A DNA stretch of 49,721 bases, filler included, from Catajapyx aquilonaris (GCA_000934665.2; 2 parts of 2 records of this genome joined end to end with filler, not necessarily neighbours in it); one strand, 5' to 3'. Counted from the first letter of the whole stretch, positions 10,917-23,151 are shown. Notes: generated from the sequence alone by a model not told the origin. Numbers and translations: made by a program.

Positions 10917-13900
10917 GCACATGTTCATGATGCGTCTTTTCATTTTGAATCATTTTTATCATTCACTTTACCTTCTTCTAATGTGCGAGATTTTTGGACT
11001 GAAGCTCGGCAATGCTTCACAATTTTGTGCACGCTCATTGATTGGTATCTCTGCAGTACCATACATTATGACATAGCGTGAAAGAAATACAAAAATAGAT
11101 TTAACAGACGCAAGTAAAAATGATGCACAGAGGGTGCTACAAAGTAGTAAAACACATAGTGAGTGTTGTACAAGCAACATAAAAGTGAAATGGCTTAACG
11201 ATAAAAATGAAAAGGGAAAAAAAAAAATTAGAGTGCAAGTTGAGTGAGTGTGAAAGTAGATGAAAGAAAGCAAATCAATCTTCCTGCCATTTACAACATA
11301 ATTGAAACTTGTGTGCATGTTTTTTCGTGGGATATCGAGCGTAATTAAGAAGTCCCAAAGCCGTCAGAATACTGTAACTGTATTAGTGGTGAATTTTAAA
11401 TCATCAGGGATGTTCACTGGTTTGGGTCATTGTTTATTTAAAAGCATTATTCTAGTTATTATCCACTCCTTCCCCACCTTCCCCCCTCCCTTCCCCATAG
11501 TGTTTCATGTAAACTTTGCATGTTGAGTGTATTTTTTGGGTGAAGGGCCAACATTTTTTTCTCCAAATAATAGTGTAGCTGCATAGGTAAAAAGTTCAAA
11601 CCACCCAATCCTGAAAAAGAAAAAAATGAACTTTTAGATGTTAATTTGTGAGCTTTTAAAATTGTTTATCCCCAATTTTTTGGCCACATAATATCTGTAT
11701 TTAGTTGTTTTATTTTTGTCTTTTAATCTCTGAGTGACATGTACTGTAGTACTGCAAAAACTTGGATGTTTATATCTGGCACATTTTTACAAATGCCTGC
11801 TATATACAAGAAGTACTGTTACCAATCCTAAGGACCATTTTGAATTCTCTTTTCTTGAACTCAGACTTGCACAAGATTTTAATTATAATTTTTTTGTCAA
11901 AAACCATTGCAGCCTAAATGCAGTAATTCCCTGTCGTGTTTTTCCGTAACTTTAATCCGAAGTATAATGTCCATAAAGCGACATTGGTTACAGTGCAGTA
12001 TAACAGATAAATTTTGAAGGGGTATGGGAAGACGTAACCTTTTTTTTTTTCATGAGATGAATGAAAAGTAGAACCTATGTATATGGAAGAAGTACAAACT
12101 TTTCTCCCCTGTGATAAAAATGTAAATGAAAAAAGGACTGGGACCCCCTGCCCCTAATTACAATTACAACCATGTCCTCTTTCTCATCCCCAGTCCCACA
12201 TTTTTGAGTTGTGTACTGTATTTAGTGGGATGCATGGGATGGGATTTTGGGAACTGGGTCAGGATGTTGGGGGGGAGGGTCAGAATGTTGGTGTGAAAAT
12301 TTGGTGTTTGGTTTATTGAGTCGGTTTTGGCTATAAGCATTATTAATGTGGCCCTTAGGACGTTCAGAATGTAGGTTTGTCTTCCATTATCATCACGAAA
12401 ATTATTGAAACAACAATTGCCTGACCGACTCAGCCTGATGGATTGACCTGCTTATTTGCAAAAATAAGAAAATATGTGGGGGTGCATTCAATGAAATTTT
12501 ATTCCCTTACTTTGGTTAGTCCCGTGCATAGTAAGTAAAAGTTTTTGAGCCTGAAAAACCAAAAGAGGGAATTGGAAAGCCAAAAATAAAGGGCCAAGGA
12601 CTGTGTGATGCTGATTCTTTTTCCACATTTTTAGCACTTAAGCAACGGATTGGTAACTCAACTTCAAGTATCAGCATGAGAAAGGACAGGTTTTTTACAT
12701 ACTGCTAAGTCCATAATGCTCTTTAAACTCCCCCTCCTCTGTGAAATGTCGGTGTAATTAGTTGTTTTTGGGTGGGAAGGACTTCCCAATGTATTGTATT
12801 TGCACAAGTAAGAAAAAAGCTTAGGAAAAAAACCAGGATTGTTACATAGAATTTGATTATGTTTCAAAGTAAGGTGCAAATGAAGTAAGCCTGTCTTAAT
12901 TTTTTCCAAAATGTGTTTTTGACTTTGGTGTTGGAGGTTTTTCTGTCCAGAGCAGTTGTGACTTCTTTCTCTTTGTTTGGAAGTTCTGTAGGTATGCAGT
13001 CCATTGCTGTATGGCGACAATCTAATCAATTGCCTGTCAACAACTTTTTGCAGCCCTTGGGGGTCTACATATATTATACATATTAAATATATAAACATAT
13101 AATGAAAAGTCAGCATGACGGAAAGAGGCATAACAAGGGGCGAAGGTAGATAAGTGTCTTCGGGCTGCAATTTTTTTACAAAGGATGGCTGTTGTAGAGT
13201 TTAAAAATAATAATAACTGGGAGAGTAATATTATCATTAATTGTGATTTTTGGGATTGAAAATCTGCCTTTTTCCCCCTGCTTTTGACACTTTGCACTAG
13301 AAAAGGTGGAATTAGTTTAGCATGATAACATATCAGTGAGGCTAAAGTAGGTATACCATGGGGTCAGTTTTAAGAGTTTTTTTGTGTAATTATTACAGTG
13401 GGTTTGTTTTCATATTTCAAGTTGTATGAACATGTGAGCCTGGTAAAAGGAGATTTACTTGGGACTTATTTTCTTTTTTGGTAATACCAGAATTAAAGTG
13501 CACGCGAGAGAGAGTGGGAGAGCAAGAGAGCGAGAAAGAGAGAACATTCCTTGTTCTGCAAGTTTCGCAAATCTCCAAAATGCACATTTACTAATATGTC
13601 TGGTTTTGAAACCCTTAAAATGTTTCTCTCTTTTCATTTTTTTTTTTTTTTAAGTTCCTGGGGAAAGATGGACAGGGTGATGGAAATAGATAATTTTTGG
13701 CAAAACTTCTCATAGCTGTGTGTGCATAATGGAGTTTTTAAGAAGTATATAGTGCGGCATTCCTGTTGTGAAAATAAAATGCAAACTTGAAAAGTGAGAG
13801 AATCCAATTTGCAAGAAAAAAGTAAAAAGTCAACCCCAAAAATATAAGTAAATAGATGTTGGTAAGGACTCATGCTTTGAAACGCAGCACTCCTTTTACT

Positions 13901-14268
13901 AACCCACTCTTAACTACTAGCTTGTTCCAAATGTGTATAAGAGAAAAGGTCTTTTTGCTGTATTTACCTGTGTTCATTCATGTATGTTCATGCTGCAGTA
14001 ATGAAGTATTTTGATACTTATGACTGTTACCATTCTTGTGTCCCCACAACCCATTTTCTTTCCAGGAAGTAATTTATCCAAGCATTCATGACATGCATAA
14101 TAGGCCAGAAGGATGGGTTAACTTGGCCAAAATGCCAAAAATATATGACTATAAAAATGAATAGAAATGTATACCATGAAAATTTATATCTAAGGATCCG
14201 TCCTTATATTTTATAAAGTAGCCTGATGTGCATGAGAACCAGAAAAAAGTGAGTGAGAGAGTACCCTG

Positions 14269-16559
14269 ACGGCCATTGGGCGAAAAAAACATACATACTG
14301 CAGAATGCTCTATGTCTATGCCAAACCATCCATTCCACAGAATGGATCAAACCGTCCATTCTGCAAAATGCTCCTTGTCCAACCATCCATTCTGCAGAAT
14401 GGACGTTTTAATGAAACTGTCAGACCCCGAAATGCTCTTTTAAAAATGCCAGAACGCTTTCCTGGGCTAAACTTGAACGCCAGGATGCCAATTTCGTGTC
14501 AGGATGGCTGTCTTAGAAGACGCCCATAACTCGTTGTGGCAATATGTTTTCCTGTTTCCCACTATGCCATGTAGATGCTGAAAATAAATCACCCTGTTGT
14601 TGTTTGGCAAATGGTTGAAATACCTAACATTTGATGATGCTGTTTATTTTCCAGGAACTATTACCTTCATCACAAGAGGCGGGATTCCAATGTCCCCTAG
14701 GTCCATATGTGTCCTTTTGAGATCTGAGTTTTTGTTGTCATAAAGTATAGTAGCCGGCGACTTAAGTTGAGAATCCCCCACCCCTCACTCCCAGCCAATG
14801 ACGAGGCTAGATTTGGAAAGTTTTAAATGGTGCCAACACAGCTTAAGGCTTAAGGGGTCGAACTCAAAGGATGTTAATCCGGGGGCCCTGCTGGCACTCC
14901 TGCTCTAGGCTTCCCGGCTTCCCCCCATCCCCTTTCCCCCCTTTCTCACCAAACCGTGTTTTCCTTATGGGCCGAGGTAGGAGGTCGTGGTGGTGGGGGT
15001 CTGGGGTCACTCCCTCTTCTCAGGTTAGAGCGCCGAGCCCTATATACATGAACTTATATCATCGTCATAATTATATTCATCACGGCTCTTCCCAAAAAAC
15101 TACCCCACTATGAACTTATATGGCTTTGGAAAAATCCTCCAATTTCCGTGCTTGGACTTTGAGACATTTTGTCTGTTCAGACCTCGGGAGGAGGTGGGGA
15201 GTACCATAATAAGCTACCAATCGATGTTTTCAGCTCATTTTTCTTGAAAATGGATTTAGGGGACCTTGGAATCTGCCTCTAGCGTTCTTACAGGCACCGT
15301 TAGCCACACTTAGAATATTATTACATTTAGTATTACTTGAACGACATTTACATTTCTTATCAGCGCAGTACTCTTTGCAACTAAAACTTACGAATCCCTG
15401 CTTACTACCTGAACTTAGAAGCTGAAGCCGATCACAGATCTGGTGGAAGGAACTTCGTTCAGATCTATAAAATTGGAATTAGCAGGTACTCTTTGTGAGC
15501 ATACAGCCTTCTTTGGTGCCCAACTGGTAGAGTCCAGATGCTTTAACGTAACCTAAAACAACCCCTGACACATTCCTATAGGAGCCAAAAACATTCTCGA
15601 TCGACTTCAGGTACTCTATTTGAGAGTTTTCATGCTGTAGCTGAACAACTTGAAGCTGCTGATTTTAATTTTATAGATCTGAACGAAGTTCCTCCAATCA
15701 GTTCTGTATCTCTTTGATCGGCTTCAGCTTGAAGTTCAGGTAGTAATCAGGGATCCATAAGTTGCAGTTGCAAAAAGTACTGCACTGATAAGAAATGTAA
15801 ATGTTGATCAAGCAATATTAAGTGCAATTCTAAGGGTCATTCGAACAGTGCCTGCAAGAACAAATAGACTAATCATTGAAGGATAACAGTTCCTGGAAGG
15901 AGATGTACTAGGAATGAATATTTGGAGGTAACACAGTTCTTGGAAGCGATGTAGTAGGAATAATGGTAATGAATAATGGTAATAAATATTTGGAGGTAAC
16001 ACAGTTCTTGGAAGAGATGTACTAGTAATAATGGTAATAACTATTTGGAGGTAATATAGTTCCTGGAAAATAAACAGCGTCATCAAATGTTAGGTATTTC
16101 ATCCATTTGCCAAACAACAATAGGGCGATTTATTTCCAGCATCTACATGGCATAGTGGGAAACAGGAAACACACTGCCACAACGAGTTATGGGCGTCTTT
16201 TAAACCAGCCATCCCGACACGAAATTGGCGTCCTGATGTTTAAGTTTAGCCCAGGAAAGCATGCTGTCATTTTTAAAAGAGTATTTAGGGGTTTAGCCGT
16301 TTCATTAAAACGTCCATTCTGCAGAATGGATGGTTTGAAAAGGAGCATTCTGCAGAATGGACGGTTTAAAACATCCAGACTGCAGAATGGACGGTTTAAA
16401 ACATCCAGACTGCAGAATGGACGGTTTAAAACATCCAGACTGCAGAATGCTCCATGTCAAACTGTCCATTCTGTAGAATGGATGGTTGGACAAGGAGCAT
16501 TCTGCAGAATGGATGGTTTGGCATAGAGCATTCTGCAGTATGGACGCCCCAATGGCCGT
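14269..16559. mobile_element. Foldback-like non-autonomous DNA transposon with long TIRs and internal tandem repeats
   Basis: 14269-14669 is the reverse complement of about 16047-16559 (termini ACGGCCATTGGG / CCCAATGGCCGT). The arms contain repeats of the palindrome CATTCTGCAGAATG, and the right arm has a 30-bp tandem unit at about 16350-16449. A second tandem unit TATTTGGAGGTAACACAGTTCTTGGAAG lies at 15880-16070. Confidence 0.8.
15284..15861. mobile_element. Inverted-repeat MITE nested inside the Foldback-like element
   Basis: Imperfect arms of about 200 bp, e.g. ACATTTACATTTCTTATCAGCGCAGTAC vs GTACTGCACTGATAAGAAATGTAAATGT, and GGAACTTCGTTCAGATCTATAAAATT vs its reverse complement. Confidence 0.75.
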
Positions 16560-16581
16560 TTCGGGGTTTGAGCCTAACATA

Positions 16582-17887
16582 TCGTGGGGTGAGAACAACA
16601 GGGTTCCATCTGCATTAAACTACTTTTTCCAGAAATAGGCTTTGAAGTTACTAGTGCCATATACTAGGAACTAACTATTGAATTCTGGTGATAATTTAAA
16701 TTTACAGTTCTCGATTCAGTAGCTCTTTGGAGAAAAATTGTCATGACATTACAGTTGCAATTTTTTTAATTATAAAATGTCAATATTTGCAGGTAGAACC
16801 TTGTTGCACCCAAAATCATATGAAGCAGTTAGTTATGTCGGTGCAGATGGAACCTTGTTGTGCCCTACGCATGATAAAAAATTAATTATCCAATGTAATT
16901 CCTCACATAAGTCACATCATCTGTCTATCTCATCATTCTGTCTATTTTTGGTGATACAAAGCACAAATTAAATTATGTGTTAAAAATATGTCTGTATCAT
17001 CAGTCCAAAAAGAATTGTCCCTCGCGTCGAGCGGGCAGCCACGCGTCAGGATGAAATGAACCAGTTAACTGGTTGCTTTCATCCTGACGCTTGGCTGCCC
17101 GCTCGACGCGAGGGACAATTCTTTTTGAACCGTTGATACATAGAAAGTTCTGCAGGTTGCAAAAAAATTGTCATTCTTACATCTTTCCTCATAAAGAGAG
17201 TACATTTAGGTTATAGATAACTGCTGGTCAATGTATTCTCTTTTGGTATCTGAGCGGCAATAATGTGCCTCAGCTTTTGGAAAACTACTGATATTATCCC
17301 TTACCACTTACCCCTTGCTTGATCTCATTGGAAATTCGAGGAATTGACTTCTTTCCTCTCTTATCTGAAGAGTGTTTGTGCGAGGGTCTTATTTCTTGTG
17401 AACATTATGCACTGTTTTCTGGCTAACTGATAGTGTCGCCAAGTACAACAGTTTGCATACTTTGATCATTTTCTGTCCTGCATTTAGGAAGTACTTGAAA
17501 TATAACACTCTTTTTCTTCCACTCTCATGTGTGTGAGATGTGTGCCTTATGGGGGGGGGGGGGGGGAACAATGAGAAGTGGACACAATTTGATGGTATTT
17601 ACCATTTTAATCTAACCCATAAAATTCTCTGAAGTTCATATGTCACCTCATCACAGTGAAACCTGCAGAAATTAATCACATGCTTCTGCAGTTAGGACCT
17701 TGTTGTTCTGGCTGGATAGGATCTGTGCAGATGGAACTATGTTGCACAGTCATTTCCACCATCAATTTTAGAGATATAGGGATAAAATTTCTGGAGAATA
17801 TAGTTCATTGCATATAGAACTATGTTGTACCAATAACTGGTTTTTGGTGAAAATGTCAGGTGGAACCCTGTTGTTGTCACCCCACGA
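16582..17887. mobile_element. Non-autonomous TA-flanked DNA transposon with subterminal repeats
   Basis: TIR TCGTGGGGTGAGAACAACAGGGTTCCATCTG vs CAGGTGGAACCCTGTTGTTGTCACCCCACGA, with TA on both sides. Dispersed GCAGATGGAACCTTGTTG-like copies at about 16788, 16843, 17687, 17727 and 17808. Confidence 0.75.
16993..17140. mobile_element. Near-perfect palindromic hairpin MITE nested in the previous element
   Basis: AAAAAGAATTGTCCCTCGCGTCGAGCGGGCAGCCA.GCGTCAGGATGAAA mirrored around AACCAGTTAACTGGTT. Confidence 0.75.
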
Positions 17888-18713
17888 TATATAACTTAAC
17901 GATGGTTTTGAAAATTTGTGAACTTGTTCATAAAATACTACGCCTTTGAGAATTTTGTCTGGAAACAATTATTCAATAACATAAGAGAGATGGCTGGATT
18001 ATGGGCGGTGCAGATATATGATCCTCTCTTACTTGTCACAGACTGTTACTAAACATCTCTTGAAATATTAAGTGTCACAAAAGAGTGTGAACATTTAGTG
18101 GTGATCAGGACATCTTACCGTTAGATGGGTGGTCATGTCAAGTGCACAAATTGGCTTAGTAAGCCATCTGAGCTGGGGGGCTTTGGCACCCACCAATGTT
18201 AAACCCAACCACCATAAGAGTAGGGCGGGTTGCGGCAGTATAAATTAAAGAAAGGTAATGTTTTGGAATACCCTGTTAATAAAGGTACTCAAATGGAACA
18301 TGAGACAGTTTATTCCACTGCTGGATCAACTGTCTGATGCACCTGCTGCAATCAGTCAATCACCCAAGATACTCTTTCACAAGTGAGTATAAGGTTCATG
18401 CAAACAGGTGGTCTCACACCCAGGAATTGGTGATGACAATGGGCATCACTTGGACTTTGGATCACTCGACACCATCCTTCACCAACTTCTCCAGTACTTA
18501 ACTCAGGGGTGCCGATCTCATATTAGAAATGTACGGCGAAACACTGGAAGATACCTACCCCCACCCATGAATGAATAAAAAGCTCTATAAAAGGTGTTTT
18601 ACACTAAGCATGGGATACTTCCCTGAATGATCCCTGCTGCCATACCTGAACACAGGGATCGTCACCCCCGACATAACTACACGCACACCATAACTATGCA
18701 TAACCCACCCCCC

Positions 18714-18965
18714 GATGGTATCTTCACCTTATCATGGTGGTGGGGTTTGAGTTTCTCCTGTGACCCCAAGAGCTACGCTGGCGGTAGCTTCATCTACAGG
18801 TAGTCAGACCTGTCTTTGGGATATGAGACAGACTAAGAGAGATACCAGTCATTCCTCTCTTCTTTTTCCTCTTCGTTTATCTCTCCATCTGTCCCACCTT
18901 CGCATCTTCTACAGCCAGATAGCCATCGTTGCTTTTGCTTCTTCTTAATAAAACAAACCAAACCT
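18714..18965 (+). mobile_element. Short RTE-5'UTR-related retroposon, copy 1
   Basis: CACCTTATCATGGTGGTGGGGTTTGAG...GAGCTACGCTGGCGGTAG resembles the recalled RTE/Expander 5' UTR. Homologous to 19189-19412. AAAC-type tail. Confidence 0.55.
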
Positions 18966-19188
18966 TATATGCATTTAACAATTCTAGTTTCTCAACTTAA
19001 TTGCAATGATGTTCACATACTGTTGACTTTGATTTGTTTTGTCCTTGTATTATGAGAATCTGCATCAATGCATTATTGTTTGCTCAACTGATTTGTGCAT
19101 TAAACTTCATAATTAAATTAGTACTGGAAGACTTTTTAAATGTGTTGATCTTGTGCCTATATGCTTTATATGCATACATGCATAATCA

Positions 19189-19412
19189 GATGGTATCTCC
19201 ACCTTTGTTGGAGGAGGCCTTCTGTGCTTCTGCAACCCTGAGCTATATGGATGGTAGAATCAACTATACTGGCAGGGTCACCCAAGCCAAAGAGAGAGAC
19301 AAAGACGGATACCAATCTTTCTTTTCGTCATTGCTATCTTCATCTGTTCCACTTGTGTATCTTCTAATAGCCAGATTTGGCTCCATCTCACTCAAAGAAA
19401 CAAACAAAACAA
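19189..19412 (+). mobile_element. Short RTE-5'UTR-related retroposon, copy 2
   Basis: Shares GATGGTATCT.CACCTT, GAGCTA, GATACCA, CATCTGT.CCAC and AGCCAGAT with copy 1. Contains GGCAGGGTCACCCAAGCC (RTE-like). AAAC tail and a possible AATCAG target-site duplication (TSD). Confidence 0.55.
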
Positions 19413-20402
19413 ATCAGTTGCCTCTACTTACGCGTAAGCATAACATTGATAAGGGACTAAGGGCGGAGAACCCTGAGCTCAGTATAGCAAATCCAGCCAG
19501 ATTGTACGTGTTATGAATCATTAGATAATGCCAGCAATTAATGACAAGTGTTAATAACTGCAATTATTGGAATATGTTATTGACTCACAATTTTAAATAC
19601 AGAAAAAATACAGTTGCATTTTGGTAGTCATACCTAATTAGAGTTTGTTTTCAGTAGCAGTACCTCATAAAATAATAACTTGTACTCCTGTGCATTCTAG
19701 TTATGTTCTGCCTATAATTGCCATTTTTATTAGGTTTCGTTTTCACGATATTACATACCGTAGACATGTAGAGTATGCATTGACACAGATGGACCATGCT
19801 GAATATGAAAGAGCCAATTTCCTTAAATTGAAGCAGCCATCTGGTATCTATACACGTAAGAACTTTTAACGTAGCCATTTTATTGAATCTACGTATGATG
19901 CAATATTACAGACTTATTCATTTGAAGATGTTCAGGTGGTCAGCCTACCCATATGAATGTTTCATACTCGTACTGCAATAGGAAGAGACAGGACTTGTGG
20001 CCAAGAAATCTTCTACCTTGCTCCACTGTGCATTGAAGAAACAAAATGGGTTGTTGTATGTTTTGCTGTTTATCTTGTTAATAAAGTTTACAGTAGAGGA
20101 TCCTGCCAACTTCAACTGCTATTTACAAGCTACATAGCTGCAGCAAGCTTCAACTGGTGGTTTCGAAGGTATGTGGTGTAATTACTAATTTCTTAGTCCA
20201 ATAATGAGGAACACAGTGGCAGCTCTCCTTCAACTTTTCCATAGCACGTCAGGTTGTATAATTTCCATCTCTGCTCAGGTCCAACAGAAAGTGTGGTCAT
20301 TTGATATGGTCAGAAACAACTTGAAAACAATACATTAGTGCCACCCTTGGGCATCTTTTCCTTTCCGAAACAACAAGTTAATTTCATTCCTTTTGACTAG
20401 AC

Positions 20403-20677
20403 CAGGGGTTCTTAAACTTGGCACACCTCCCCCTGAGGGGAAGTGCAGACAGACTCCATCCAGGGGAGGTGTGAGTTGTCACAAAAACTAGAAATAGTTT
20501 TACCGACATTTATGTACACAAAATTCTAGAATACCCAGGGATGGAGAACTACTTCACAATCGAGTATTACGTTGTAGTAACTTCCGTCCTCAAGGCCGGA
20601 AACGTCGTGGGAGGTGTCGCGGTCATAAAGATCTTTCCCAAGGGGAGATGTGACAGCAAAAATTTTAAGAACCACTA
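20403..20677. mobile_element. hAT (Charlie/Buster-like) MITE
   Basis: TIRs CAGGGGTTCTTAAACTT / AATTTTAAGAACCACTA. Left flank GACTAGAC (NNNTANNN pattern); right flank GACTGTAGAC is a degenerate TSD. Confidence 0.7.
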
Positions 20678-21169
20678 GACTGTAGACAGATTTGAGGTAT
20701 AATTAATAAAACACTTTCCAATCATCATTATTAATGTGCTGGTTCACATGTCAGCATACCACCTGCTGCACAGGGCATGACCTAAGCCATAATTGGTGGT
20801 ATGACCTTCACTGTACTGGCTGTGTATTTGTGGACACCAGCAGCCAATAAAGTGCGGAAGTGCGTACCCCCCCATGTCAGTTGCACGTGCAGGTAAGCAC
20901 ATCTGAGCGTGACCTGAAAAACGAAATGGAAGATTACATTTTCCGGGAATGTTTCCTGTTAGAATTTCCTCCGCATAATTGGAGGCCAGGGGAGGCGGTG
21001 GGGAACGGGAAAGAAGGCGAAGGGGGAGTGAGGGGTGGCAGGCAGGCAGGGTCGGTTGGGGCGGGGGGAGGGGAGGAAAAGCGGTAAACGATAGCCTCGC
21101 TGTCCAGACCCCCTCATTGTAATTGTTGCAGACATGCATCGGTACTGCGGTACGTTGGGTACGACAGTT

Positions 21170-21490
21170 GGCTGATAGTAACAGGTGACCACGCGCGGCC
21201 GTTTTTGTATCGCCGGTCAGTCGATTCATTGGCTTGTTACAAGCCTCAAGTTGATTGGACCAATGACGTCGCATCGACCTCAATTCAAAAAAATAATACG
21301 CCATTGGGACCCAACATGCCGCCCAAAATTTTTGTACTAACTACATAATTATGTTAATTTAACATCTCCGTTAAATTATATGTAGGATATTATATTTATA
21401 TGCTATATTTTTGAAGAACCAATCACCAGGCTGTATTAAGCTTAGCGCATGCGTACTAGCCCCCAAGCCCGTGACGTCACACCGCCTGCA
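21170..21490. promoter_or_regulatory. CpG-rich promoter-like segment
   Basis: Back-to-back CCAAT boxes ATTGGACCAAT (21254-21264) overlapping TGACGTC, an NRF1-like GCGCATGCGT (21445), and the CRE/ATF palindrome GTGACGTCAC (21471-21480). Confidence 0.4.
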
Positions 21491-22367
21491 GTTGCACCCT
21501 CTCATTGAGGGTATCAGCCATCAGCTCAATGCCCCCTCTGCGAGGCTACCCTAGTTCTCCCCAACGCACTATATGCTTAACGTAAGTAACACTCCTTATA
21601 ATTCATTCCTTTTCATCCAAACCCATCCAACTCTTTATTCATCCCTCTCCCAAAACAAGGACATCGACCCCCCCATCATATCCCTAGAATCCGGCATTGA
21701 ATCCCCAAAAAAGCAGCCTCCCCACCAACACCCCATCACCCAGCAGAGAGCATGCCACCCACCCAACCCCAACCCCAGCCAGTAGTCGACGGGTGAGACG
21801 GACCAATGCAGGGCTAGGCCGCGTCGTGTCGGAGCCGTGGATTCGCCCGTTTGGACCTACCTACCAGCTCTCGGAGAGGTCGGCGAGTCCCGGCCTATCC
21901 ATCCATCCACGCGGCCCGTACCATTTTCCCGGCCTGCAATTTGCCGACCAATCATTGGGGCAAAATCCAACCGATGTAAGTCCGACTAGGGGGGACCAAA
22001 TTATATCGCTTTTTCGGGAGGAGAGGGGAGCAGTTGTGGGCATACGTCCAGGGAGGCAGGATACATTGGATGGGACATTGCTGGACCATGGGGATCACTA
22101 GGCCTAGTATGGGCGGGAAAAAGATGTGGGGACAGGCAGACGGCCTTGAGGGTAAACGGATTCTGAATAGGGAGGACGTGTGTGTTTTGGGAGGTAGGCT
22201 GAGTATTGTTGTTGTATGGAATTGTGGTGTAGGGTAGTAAGTTCCAGTATTGGTTTGAACCACCTGTAACCTGGTTGTAGGACCAGTGTGTGCACCTGGA
22301 GGTTGCTATCCTGACTGCAAATTTACAAGTTATTAGCCCTTGACCATCCAATTCTGACTAGGGTATA

Positions 22368-22569
22368 TAGTCTGGTGACCCGGGGTAGCTTGCCCCCCCC
22401 CTGGGGTAACTGGTTGTTTACTGCTATCCTTTTACATATCGACGCCTAAGGATTATATTGTCGTATGTTCCATTTAAGAAAGGTGGACATACGACAATAT
22501 AATCCTTAGGCGTCGATATGTTGCCATGGTGATTGCCCACGGGCAAGCTTACCCGGGGTCGCCAGACTA
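22368..22569. mobile_element. Composite hairpin element: outer inverted repeat with an inner near-perfect palindrome
   Basis: Outer TAGTCTGGTGACCCGGGGTAGCTTGCCC / GGGCAAGCTTACCCGGGGTCGCCAGACTA. Inner 22434-22521 is ACATATCGACGCCTAAGGATTATATTGTCGTATGT with its exact reverse complement. Confidence 0.7.
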
Positions 22570-22598
22570 GGGGCCTAGGTGACATCCTGCAATAATTA

Positions 22599-22888
22599 AT
22601 AATTTAATAATTCTTGGGTAGTGCCTGACCCTATATAGGGTATGCGGCACGGACCTTTATTGTAACTTGTAGTACATAGACCATATTTTTGAAATGCACG
22701 GGCAGGATGACAGGAGGGGATGTGCAAGGTGCAGTGCAATGTCTTAAACGTGGCCATTTTTAGTCTGTTGGAAATACCACCCGAGACGAAGCACCCGAGA
22801 TAAAGGGGGTGTCCCCGGGCTGGGTTCGAACCCGGGACCTTAACATCCGTGGGAGCATACGTTACCGCAGCACCACTCCGTCTCCCCC
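22599..22888 (-). mobile_element. tRNA-derived SINE, family A
   Basis: Minus-strand A box TGGTGCTGCGG and B box GGTTCGAACCC; AT-rich tail; 17-bp TSD ACATCCTGCAATAATTA (22582-22598 and 22889-22905). Confidence 0.88.
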
Positions 22889-23151
22889 ACATCCTGCAAT
22901 AATTAGCTCAATGGGATTAGTTTTAGTTGTAAAAATTGTGGATATCAGTAGGGGTCAGTAGGGCACCCTGAGCAGATAGATCAGGTGGGCACTCATGCAC
23001 AGCTGTAGCGAGCCCTGGAGTTTTGCCAGTAATATGACTTACCAGGTCAAAGGGCTGCTGTTGATGTAGGTCACATCAAAGAGTGATTGTGTAGGAAAAA
23101 AAATGAACATTGTAGTCATATTGTGCCCATTGGTACAGGATGCATTATGTA

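Larger units (their letters stand above)
6645..14160 (+). other. Probable long HIPK 3' UTR (3' end uncertain)
   Basis: T-rich, ORF-poor and nearly free of transposons after the stop codon. Several AATAAA hexamers (about 8124, 8984, 9107, 10133, 12585, 13773). Transposon density rises sharply after about 14.2 kb. Confidence 0.4.

Noticed and set aside
16305..16530. Regular 30-bp repeats and repetitive ORFs suggesting a CRISPR array or repeat protein
   Set aside because: These are head-to-tail tandem units without unique spacers, inside a transposon arm, in a eukaryotic context with no cas genes.
16780..17880. Dispersed GCAGATGGAACCTTGTTG direct repeats resembling repeat-spacer units
   Set aside because: Spacing is irregular and the copies are degenerate; they match the element's own TIR, so they are subterminal repeats.
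19734..20168. Exon-like segments with plausible splice sites (FRFHDITYRRHVEYALTQ...)
   Set aside because: Splicing leads to an early stop and I recognise no protein family; a lncRNA cannot be excluded.
21697..22351. Short ORFs with faint integrase-like words (KWYGP, LPPWTYAHN)
   Set aside because: Too short and in different frames; no DDE or reverse-transcriptase motifs are visible.
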